From an uncultured Candidatus Melainabacteria bacterium (lineage in GTDB: Bacteria > Cyanobacteriota > Vampirovibrionia > Gastranaerophilales > Gastranaerophilaceae): a DNA stretch of 64,000 nt. A program made the position numbers and the translations under genes. The notes under the pieces are model-generated. The model did no database searches, was not told the origin of the DNA, and worked only from the letters and a program-made list of their open reading frames with translations. Of the stretch, positions 44,536 through 52,020 are shown one piece after another (position 1 is the stretch's first letter; each line of letters opens with the position of its first letter). The stretch spans positions 29,496 through 93,495 of the forward strand of contig CATLDC010000007.1 in assembly GCA_949902595.1 (NCBI GenBank), in the 5' to 3' direction.

Positions 44536-45173
44536 TGAAAATGTACGCAAAGATTATTAACAACGATACAGGGCTATGCATGGTTGGGTCAGGTAACAAC
44601 ACCGCTCAATATCGTTCAATGGCTATGACGCCTCTTGATGTCCAGCAATCGGATGTTGACGGGCAGTGGTATCTGAAGAGCAAATGCCCGATGAAGAGCG
44701 CCGAAGAGAAGGAGCAGGAGGAGCGCGAGCGTCTTGATGGGTTAATGATGACGCGCGGGGATGTGTTTGAGGCCTTGATTCTTGCGAAGGGTTTAGGCAA
44801 GGCACAGCTTAGGGGGATGATTGATGCGTATGAAGTTGATGAAGTAACCAAAGCGTTGTATCTTAACAGGTTTGACGAGGCGTTGAATTTTTACCGCGGG
44901 TATCCGATTTTTGATTTGTTGGGCGAGGTTGTCGGGATTACGAGCGAGATGTGGGACAGGTTTTTTGAGAGCAAGGATTACAGGTATCTGACAACTTGTA
45001 AGTTAACAATTAACCCGACTCCTGAGGATTCTACGGTTACTATTACACCGAATCCGGTGCCTTATGGCGAGATTGCACACTACAGGGTTGAATGCGAGGG
45101 ATATCAGGCCGTTGAGGGTGATGTTGTAGTGGTAGAGGATGAGGTTTTTGATGTAGTTCTGGAGGAGGCTTAG
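44535..45173 (+). CDS. Tail fibre-associated/assembly protein with C-terminal Ig/PEGA-like segment
   Basis: DVQQSDVDGQWYLK; LTINPTPEDSTVTI...YRVECEGY. Confidence 0.55.
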   Translation: MKMYAKIINNDTGLCMVGSGNNTAQYRSMAMTPLDVQQSDVDGQWYLKSKCPMKSAEEKEQEERERLDGLMMTRGDVFEALILAKGLGKAQLRGMIDAYEVDEVTKALYLNRFDEALNFYRGYPIFDLLGEVVGITSEMWDRFFESKDYRYLTTCKLTINPTPEDSTVTITPNPVPYGEIAHYRVECEGYQAVEGDVVVVEDEVFDVVLEEA

Positions 45174-45176
45174 ATT

Positions 45177-45437
45177 ATGAAAAAGTATATTGCTCTAGGT
45201 TTGTTTTTTTGTTCTCCAATTGTGTTTGCGGGTGATATGGAGAATGAGATTTCTGATAGGTCAATACAGGTTATTGAGATGGAAGAGAACAAGATTAATG
45301 TAATTGTTATGAAGCAGCCATTGAATGAAAAGTCTAATCAAAAGATTATACTTAAGCGGAATTGGCTTGGGGTGTATGTGCAGATTAATGGCAAGGTTAA
45401 GGTTAATCCGTTAACCAGCACGTATGAGGTGCAGTAA
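45177..45437 (+). CDS. Small exported hypothetical protein
   Basis: Signal-peptide-like MKKYIALGLFFCSPIVFA; GGAGG RBS. Confidence 0.55.
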   Translation: MKKYIALGLFFCSPIVFAGDMENEISDRSIQVIEMEENKINVIVMKQPLNEKSNQKIILKRNWLGVYVQINGKVKVNPLTSTYEVQ

Positions 45438-45439
45438 TT

Positions 45440-45970
45440 ATGGCAATAATTTTAACAGGAAAAGCAAGAATAGAACAGATTAAAGCCCGTTTATGGAAAA
45501 CTTTGGACAATCAGCTTGTACAGCTTGATAATGGGGAGTTGCTCATAGCTCCTAGATATTTGGTTACAGATAATAATACAAACCCTTTTGGCGATAACGA
45601 TTTATCGGATGTCCGGGCAAGTCATTTTCATGATATTGGATGTGCTTATCATCAGTTGATTTATGTTACCAAATCTTTGGATTTTCTTATTGATAACGGA
45701 TTTTTACATCCTTACACAAAAGAAAACGGTGAATTGATTAATGTTCTGGATGATTTACCGCTGGCTTGGATAGAAATCAGACCGTGCAAATATCGAGAAG
45801 TGAATAAGATTTTTAAACAAATCCTACGAGCTTCCGGCGAAAGCAAAGCCAAATCAAGCCTTATGTACTGGGCGGTTTGCCATAACTTTAAATATTGGTT
45901 TGACAGACCGGAAGGGCTTAAAAAAAGATTATTGTTTACGCAAGAGTACGGGAATGTTAGAAAATTATAG
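45440..45970 (+). CDS. Phage hypothetical protein (DUF1353-like)
   Basis: APRYLVTD...ASHFHDIGC...VNKIFKQIL...MYWAV pattern. Confidence 0.5.
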   Translation: MAIILTGKARIEQIKARLWKTLDNQLVQLDNGELLIAPRYLVTDNNTNPFGDNDLSDVRASHFHDIGCAYHQLIYVTKSLDFLIDNGFLHPYTKENGELINVLDDLPLAWIEIRPCKYREVNKIFKQILRASGESKAKSSLMYWAVCHNFKYWFDRPEGLKKRLLFTQEYGNVRKL

Positions 45971-45987
45971 CGAATGAGGATTTTACT

Positions 45988-46422
45988 ATGCAAATGTCGA
46001 AAAACGGAAAGAATATATTAAAGAAGCTTGAAGGACTTAAATTATGCGCATATAGATGTTCTTCTGGAGTTTGGACGATTGGTTATGGGCATACTGGAAT
46101 TACAGTAAAATCCGGTGATATTATTACAGAAGCAACAGCCAATAAGCTTTTTGAACAAGATATCAAGTTCTTTGAAAATGCTATAAATACTTTGGTTACA
46201 GTTAAATTAAATCAAAATCAATTTGATGCGCTGGTTTCCTTTTGTTTCAACATAGGAATTGGAAAAGACGGATTTGCCGGTAGTACAATGAGAAAGTTAC
46301 TGAATTGTGGAGAATACGCAGCAGCTTCAGAGCAATTTTTGCGTTGGGTTTATTCTAATGGCAAAGTTTCGGATGGTCTAAGACGTAGAAGAATGAAGGA
46401 GCGTGAGTTATTTTTATCTTGA
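45988..46422 (+). CDS. Endolysin, GH24 phage lysozyme
   Basis: LKKLEGLKLCAYRCSSGVWTIGYGHT, LNQNQFDALVSFCFNIG, GLRRRRMKERELF. Confidence 0.93.
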   Translation: MQMSKNGKNILKKLEGLKLCAYRCSSGVWTIGYGHTGITVKSGDIITEATANKLFEQDIKFFENAINTLVTVKLNQNQFDALVSFCFNIGIGKDGFAGSTMRKLLNCGEYAAASEQFLRWVYSNGKVSDGLRRRRMKERELFLS

Positions 46423-46439
46423 ATTAAAACTGTTTTAGA

Positions 46440-46466
46440 GGGTTATTAATATATTATTAATAACCC
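46440..46466. terminator. Hairpin after the lysin
   Basis: GGGTTATTAAT-ATATT-ATTAATAACCC. Confidence 0.5.
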
Positions 46467-46646
46467 CGATTTTGCTTAGTTCAGTTCACAAGAAGGGGGT
46501 AAATGAGCCTTATGGAGCTTACAGGGTGCTTAGACGAAGGGTATAATTCAAGAGGTGTAGTTGAATGATATCTAAGATTATAAAAACAATCTTCTACTTT
46601 TAGGACTATCATTTAGATGTAGAAGGGTTTTGAGTCCAAAAATTTT

Positions 46647-46777
46647 TTTCTCAAACCTCGTAACAAATTTTCTCAAACTCCTAGCAAAGTCGGTAAAAAT
46701 AGGGTTAAGTCCTTGCAGGATAAAGGATTGAGTTAAAATTTAAAATTTCTCAAACTCCTAGCAAACTTTTCTCAAAC
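46647..46777 (-). repeat. Right-end transposase-binding repeats
   Basis: TTTCTCAAAC at 46647, 46669, 46746 and 46768 (two pairs, each 22 bp apart). Confidence 0.88.
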
Positions 46778-46826
46778 CTCGAGGCACGTTACAAAAGGCT
46801 CAAACCCTTTGATAGCTATGCTTTTC

Positions 46827-46841
46827 GGGGGGGGGGGGGGG
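46827..46841 (+). repeat. G15 homopolymer upstream of the flagellin-like gene
   Basis: 15 consecutive G ending 39 bp before the ATG. Confidence 0.9.
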
Positions 46842-46880
46842 CAGCTCTAGAGGCTAGTCATTATGCTTTGAGGAGGTTGT

Positions 46881-48716
46881 ATGAATATTAATACAAATCT
46901 CTCCTCACTGATTACACAATCTTCGCTTAAAACTTCCACTCTTAAACTCAATCAAGCTATTGAGCGGATGACAACTGGCTGCAAGATTAATCACGCTAAA
47001 GACAATGCAGCCAATTATTCAATCAGCAATAATTTTTCTACAAAGATTGGTGCTTATCAGGTTGCGGAAGACAACGCCATGATGGGGTTGGATTTGATAA
47101 ACACGGCAAGCGGAGCGTTGGAGCAGATGTCTGACAGGCTGGCGCGGGTACGGGCTTTGCAGGAACAGGCAATGAATAATACTTACGGAAGCCGGTCTAT
47201 AGATGCAATTCAAAGCGAAGTAGACGCGATTGTTGACGAAGTTCAGAGGCTTTATGATACAGCCGAGTACAATGGTGTAAAGCTTTTTATGGGGACTGAT
47301 AAAGCTGAATGCACTGCTGATTTGATGATAAAAATTACTCCACGAGATGTTTCTTCAATGGAAAGTGTTGAGAGTCTTGATGAGAACGTGAAAATAACTT
47401 CTGGTTCGTATTCAGTATCAACAGCAGAAGAGCTTCAAAAGATTTCGACTATGACAAAGAAAAATTTGGTTGGGGAAGATGTAGAATTTGTGCTTGCAAA
47501 CGATATTGACCTTTCTGCTTACTCTTCCGGTACGGGCTGGGAGCCTGTTTCACTAGGTTGTACTTTCGATGGTAACGGGCATAAGATTTCTAATTTGTAT
47601 ATCAATGATTCCACTATAACGGGTGCGTTGTTTATAAAGTATAACAATCGGCCAAAGATTAGTAATTTGGGGGTGGAGGATGCGCATGTTACTGCAATGT
47701 ATGCGTCAGGGCTGGTCGATTCTGCCGAAAGCTTGTATAATTGCTATATTACAGGTGAAGTTAAGGCGGTTGGGAATAATATAAATGTAAATGTCGGACT
47801 TATGGCAAGGGCTGTGCATTCTGCTTCTTATTGTTATTCCAAAGGTGCTGTAAGTTATAAAGGTAATGTCGCCGGTCTCTTTGGGGACGTATTAGAGGAG
47901 ATGAGAAATTGTTATTCTATTTCTGATGTAACATGTACCGGCTCTAGGAGGAGTTCTGGCGGGGCTGGAGGTCTTGTTTCAGATTTATCATCTGCTGCTG
48001 TTTCTGATTGCTTTTTCTCAGGAAATGTCGACGGAGGCATCAGCTCTTGTGTCGGAGGATTAATACGGGCTTCTTATGGCCCCTCTAGCATAACAAATTG
48101 TTACTTTGCAGGTAGTTTAACCAAAGGTTATAACTTCACAGGAACTCTGGTCGGATTTTCTTCAGACACAACACTTACAAACTGTTGCTCATTAACGAAG
48201 AATACATCTATTACAGAGCTGATTACTGATTACGGCGGTAATACATTAAACGAATGTTATAACAAGGCCTATGACGGCACAGTGCCATTTACGGCAGAAG
48301 ACCTTGTACCCGAAGGTGCTGAGCCTGAAAAAGACTATACAAGCCTGGATTTTCAAGTCGGGATAAATAGCGGCAAAAATTCTACTATGAGTTGCAGCAT
48401 AGCTTTTTCAATGAGCGAGTTAAACATGCTCCGGAAGATTACAGAGGAAGGCAATCTGGAAAGGATTGACAAGATGATTTCAAAGGTGTCTGCCAAGCAG
48501 ACCGAGTTCGGGGCGGCTCAAAATCGTCTTGAATCAGCGCTGGAAGAAATTAGCATTCAATACGAAAATCTTGTCTCTTCTCGCTCAACGCTTCAGGATG
48601 CTGACATAGCAGAAGTGTCGAGTGAATACATACGTCAGCAGATATTGCAGCAAGCCTCTGCAACGCTTATGGCTACTGCTAATCAGGCTCCCGCTATCGC
48701 GCTTCAATTATTATAA
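46881..48716 (+). CDS. Flagellin-family protein with a central GLUG-like beta-helix domain
   Basis: N-terminal NINTN...IERMTTGCKINHAKDNAA; C-terminal FGAAQNRLES...DADIAEVSSEYIRQQILQQASATLMATANQAPAIALQLL; centre LANDIDL...FDGNGHKISNL...GGLV. Confidence 0.85.
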   Translation: MNINTNLSSLITQSSLKTSTLKLNQAIERMTTGCKINHAKDNAANYSISNNFSTKIGAYQVAEDNAMMGLDLINTASGALEQMSDRLARVRALQEQAMNNTYGSRSIDAIQSEVDAIVDEVQRLYDTAEYNGVKLFMGTDKAECTADLMIKITPRDVSSMESVESLDENVKITSGSYSVSTAEELQKISTMTKKNLVGEDVEFVLANDIDLSAYSSGTGWEPVSLGCTFDGNGHKISNLYINDSTITGALFIKYNNRPKISNLGVEDAHVTAMYASGLVDSAESLYNCYITGEVKAVGNNINVNVGLMARAVHSASYCYSKGAVSYKGNVAGLFGDVLEEMRNCYSISDVTCTGSRRSSGGAGGLVSDLSSAAVSDCFFSGNVDGGISSCVGGLIRASYGPSSITNCYFAGSLTKGYNFTGTLVGFSSDTTLTNCCSLTKNTSITELITDYGGNTLNECYNKAYDGTVPFTAEDLVPEGAEPEKDYTSLDFQVGINSGKNSTMSCSIAFSMSELNMLRKITEEGNLERIDKMISKVSAKQTEFGAAQNRLESALEEISIQYENLVSSRSTLQDADIAEVSSEYIRQQILQQASATLMATANQAPAIALQLL

Positions 48717-48797
48717 ATATTTTATCAAAAGGCACTTTACATTAGTTATCACATGCGTTAAAATAATAATAGAGATATAAAGAAAGTGTGTGTGATT

Positions 48798-49223
48798 ATG
48801 ATTCATCCTGTGAATGCCTTGACCCCTAAGGTATTATTCAAGGGGCAACTTAATGGTTCTGAAAATCCTGTAAACAGAAGGACGGAAAGTCGGCTTGCGG
48901 TTCTGAACGCCGGAGGGATTTCTGCGGTAACAGGCGCTGTTACAACCGCTATTGCAAGAAGCTATACCTCAACCTGGAAACATGCGGCTATGTTCGGGCT
49001 TGGCGCGGCGGCTGTTACCATGATGTTTGTCTGTCCGAGATTCCTGTACAAATCAGGGATAACCTCTTTTGCCAAAGAAAAAGAAATGGACGTTTTCTCC
49101 AAAGAAAAAGAGGTGCAGAAAAAACTCCTTACTGACGTAAACGAGGCGATTGACGAACACAGCGAAGACCTGCCGGACAAGCTTGAAAACTACTCAAAGA
49201 CTGTGTGTAAAAAAGAAGCCTAG
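48798..49223 (+). CDS. Hypothetical membrane protein
   Basis: Two hydrophobic segments; ~141 aa. Confidence 0.55.
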   Translation: MIHPVNALTPKVLFKGQLNGSENPVNRRTESRLAVLNAGGISAVTGAVTTAIARSYTSTWKHAAMFGLGAAAVTMMFVCPRFLYKSGITSFAKEKEMDVFSKEKEVQKKLLTDVNEAIDEHSEDLPDKLENYSKTVCKKEA

Positions 49224-49657
49224 TCCATCGGGGTTTGTTTGCCCAGACCAAAACCTTCTTTCAGGACTGTGAGCAGACCGCAGGCTGCAAGCCCTGCTGC
49301 ACCGAGTTTGGAGAAGAAGCCTTTTGTTGTGAGCGCCAGTGCTGCGAAGGAAACTGGCAGAAGGTTGTTGCCTAAAGAGTTTAGCGCGCCTTTGCAAAAT
49401 CCTTTCACCTTGCCGTAGACAGGAATTATCGGGTTGTTTTCGCGCATATCTGCAACTTTTCCCTGAATGGCGCCACTTACAGGGCTTTCTGTGCTAAGGG
49501 TTCTGCGTGATGTGTGGACTCGCTCAAAATGGTCAGCAGTGACCTGCTGGGAGATTCTTGAAGAACTTGCCCTGCCAACAGAGAACGCGTCGTAAACCAC
49601 GGCGCTCATTCCTGCTATACCTGCTGTTTTGCATACTATTGTTGAGACTATTCCCAT
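49220..49657 (-). CDS. Hypothetical membrane protein
   Basis: 145 aa; hydrophobic N- and C-terminal segments. Confidence 0.55.
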   Translation of the reverse strand: MGIVSTIVCKTAGIAGMSAVVYDAFSVGRASSSRISQQVTADHFERVHTSRRTLSTESPVSGAIQGKVADMRENNPIIPVYGKVKGFCKGALNSLGNNLLPVSFAALALTTKGFFSKLGAAGLAACGLLTVLKEGFGLGKQTPMD

Positions 49658-49663
49658 ACTTTT

Positions 49664-50581
49664 CTAACCTTTGTTTTCAGTATCTTCTTTTACTGCCGGA
49701 TTCGGAATATGCTTTACTTCTGTTCCTGCTGACATCTTGAGGAGTATGTCTGCTGCCTGAAGCACATCTTCTTTGTCTGCGCTCGGGTTCTGCTGGATGT
49801 TCTTTAAAAGATAGAGCGTGTATTCGTTTCCGCTTGCAAGCTGTGAGTTAAACGCGCTTAGAGACGCGATTCTTATTAGTTTTGAAGGGTCTTGAAGCAT
49901 CTTGTTTAAAAGTGCGTTCAAAGCCGCGTCGTCAAATCTGTCCTTGTCTTCATCAAGCCTTGTCAGGATTTCTTTTGATGCCATGAGCCTTATTTCCTGA
50001 TTCGGGTTGTTTAAATAGTTTTCCAGAGACTTTATGTATTCGTCAGTGAGCGCAACAACGCGTTTTTTCTTGCTGTTGTTTTCTTCTGCTTTCTGAGCGT
50101 CCTGCTTTGTGTTTAGCTCGTCAATAATGTTTTGTGACTTGCTTAAGTCTTCTTCTTTTTCTTTTTCTTTTTCCATGTTGTTGGAATCTGCTAATCCTGT
50201 ATTTGCAGCAGCCATATCATCTGCAACCGCCTGCGGGTTTGCAGGGATTTGCGGCTGCACCTGCGGCTGCGGTCGTTGCTGCATTTGTTTTTCATTCGGA
50301 TTATTGTACTGGTAATTGTAGTTATTCAAATAGTATTGAGGCGGGTAAGCGCCGTACTGATTCGGGTTGGTGGCATAAGCCTGTTCCTGCGGAAGGCTTT
50401 GCTGCGGCTGCTGCGGATAGTTATAATATCCGTATCCGTTATTTATTCCGTACGCCATGTTCTGTTGATTGGCTCCCAAAGGGCAGCTGTTGGCGCCGGA
50501 GCCGACGTTTACCGCGGGATTTGATATCTGGATTGTTACGCCTGAATAATTAGGCTGTGGATTAATCATCGGGTTTGTCAT
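49664..50581 (-). CDS. HEAT-repeat protein with Gln/Asn/Pro-rich N-terminus
   Basis: NQEIRLMASKEIL, DPSKLIRIASLSAF; N-terminal motif shared with 10475-11665. Confidence 0.6.
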   Translation of the reverse strand: MTNPMINPQPNYSGVTIQISNPAVNVGSGANSCPLGANQQNMAYGINNGYGYYNYPQQPQQSLPQEQAYATNPNQYGAYPPQYYLNNYNYQYNNPNEKQMQQRPQPQVQPQIPANPQAVADDMAAANTGLADSNNMEKEKEKEEDLSKSQNIIDELNTKQDAQKAEENNSKKKRVVALTDEYIKSLENYLNNPNQEIRLMASKEILTRLDEDKDRFDDAALNALLNKMLQDPSKLIRIASLSAFNSQLASGNEYTLYLLKNIQQNPSADKEDVLQAADILLKMSAGTEVKHIPNPAVKEDTENKG

Positions 50582-50697
50582 ACAATTTACCTTTTTTGCA
50601 CACTTATATACTTATATAAAGTCTATAATAAAACAGAAATTGCTAGTTGGGAGTATTTTTGTTACGATATGTAAATGAATGTATAAAAGGGGCTCAA

Positions 50698-51549
50698 ATG
50701 GGAATCAAGGTTCTGGATTGTACTTTAAGGGACGGCGCCTATGTCGTAAACTCATTCTTCGGGGATGAGAGGATTAAGAATATCATCAAAAACCTGTGCC
50801 TAAGCGGGGTTGATATTGTTGAATGCGGATGGCTGAGAGATTTTAAGCACCGGGATGATTCTGTGTTTTATTCCCAGCCGGAGGACTGTAAAAAGTATTT
50901 ATCCGACGGCGCAAAGTATGCCCTGATGTTTGATTTGGGAAGATATGACATTGATAATCTTCCTCAAAACAGCGGTGTTGTTGATATTATAAGAATCGCG
51001 TTTTACAAAAAAAGCCTGCGTGAGGTTGAAGAGGCAGTAAAAAAGGTTCAGAAAAAGGGGTACGAAGTCTTTTTGCAGCCTTCAAATGTGCTTGAATATG
51101 AAGAAAGTGATTTAATGCGACTTTTTGAGATTGCAAACTCCTGTTCAGTGAATGCTATCTACATAGTTGATTCTTTCGGCTCAATGTTTCCGGAGGATTT
51201 GGAGCGGCTCATCGCATTATTTGACAGGAATGTGAATCCGGGGATAGAAATCGGGTTCCATTCGCACAACAGCATTCAGTTATCTTTTGCGCTCTCGATT
51301 GATTTTATAAACAAAATGAACCGTGACATTATTGTGGACTCTTCGCTTTTAGGAATCGGGCGCGGTGCCGGAAACACAAAGACAGAGCTTTTGATTTCTT
51401 ATCTTAACCGGCATGGAAAGGATTACAACACTGATTCTGTCTGGCCGGTGATTTCAGAAGAGATTGAGCCGTTGGCCAAAGAGTCCGGATGGGAATATTC
51501 AGCAGAAAAAGCCCTTAAGGGACTTAAGGGCTTGCATCCTAATTCTTAG
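50698..51549 (+). CDS. HMGL-like / 4-hydroxy-2-oxovalerate aldolase family TIM-barrel protein
   Basis: LDCTLRDG, YIVDSFGSM, GFHSHNSIQL, GIGRGAGNTKTE. Confidence 0.8.
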   Translation: MGIKVLDCTLRDGAYVVNSFFGDERIKNIIKNLCLSGVDIVECGWLRDFKHRDDSVFYSQPEDCKKYLSDGAKYALMFDLGRYDIDNLPQNSGVVDIIRIAFYKKSLREVEEAVKKVQKKGYEVFLQPSNVLEYEESDLMRLFEIANSCSVNAIYIVDSFGSMFPEDLERLIALFDRNVNPGIEIGFHSHNSIQLSFALSIDFINKMNRDIIVDSSLLGIGRGAGNTKTELLISYLNRHGKDYNTDSVWPVISEEIEPLAKESGWEYSAEKALKGLKGLHPNS

Positions 51550-51557
51550 TCTCAAGT

Positions 51558-51938
51558 TTATTCCTGAGGTTGTTTAAAACTGTGTTTAATCTCAAACAAG
51601 CCGGGAGCATTAATAATTGATTCCCCGTTTTTGTGGGAAAAAGCTGCCGCATAATTTTTTGTATCCGGAAGCTCCAGTGCCATAAGAGTTCTATCTTTTA
51701 AAACATCAGAATACAAATTGATACATCCCTTTAGTCTTGCGAGGTGCTGTTCTGCTGTCGGGTGAAAATCAAACATGCGGTTGTTTGCAACGCTCATGAA
51801 CTTGTCATAAAGCTTGTTGTCCATACTTTCGTTTGTAAGATATTTTTGCACAGTATTTGTCTTGAGATTCTTTACTGTGACACAGCCTCTGAAAGTGTTT
51901 GGCTTTGGCTCATTGCAATTGATACGGGAAATGTTCAT
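51558..51938 (-). CDS. Hypothetical protein
   Basis: AGGAG RBS before MNISRIN; 126 aa. Confidence 0.5.
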   Translation of the reverse strand: MNISRINCNEPKPNTFRGCVTVKNLKTNTVQKYLTNESMDNKLYDKFMSVANNRMFDFHPTAEQHLARLKGCINLYSDVLKDRTLMALELPDTKNYAAAFSHKNGESIINAPGLFEIKHSFKQPQE

Positions 51939-52020
51939 TTCGAAACTCCTTATTAAATACACTACACATCTTTTCAGACTCATAGTAGCACCAGTAAGAA
52001 ATAATATCAATATGTAAAGT

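Larger units (their letters stand above)
14415..46793. mobile_element. Complete Mu-like transposable prophage (32,379 bp)
   Basis: Begins TGT (14415) and ends ACA (46793); AAAGG duplicated at 14410-14414 and 46794-46798; GTTTGAGAAA lies 16 bp inside both ends; contains DDE transposase, MuB-like ATPase, Gam, Mor, head, tail and lysin genes. Confidence 0.95.

Noticed and set aside
41914-46422. Diversity-generating retroelement or invertible tail-fibre cassette
   Set aside because: No reverse transcriptase, no template/variable repeat pair with adenine-specific differences, and no serine invertase or inverted fibre copy seen.
46494-46517. AAGGGGGTAAATGAGCC near the right prophage end, and AGGGGTAAATGTA at ~59294, as further repeat copies
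   Set aside because: Only the 5' dozen bases match; the CTACTCCGCC...TGTAAAA half is absent.
46794-46825. Sigma-28 (FliA) promoter at the reconstructed insertion site
   Set aside because: TAAA is present, but the downstream TTTGATAG is a poor GCCGATAA match at the wrong spacing.
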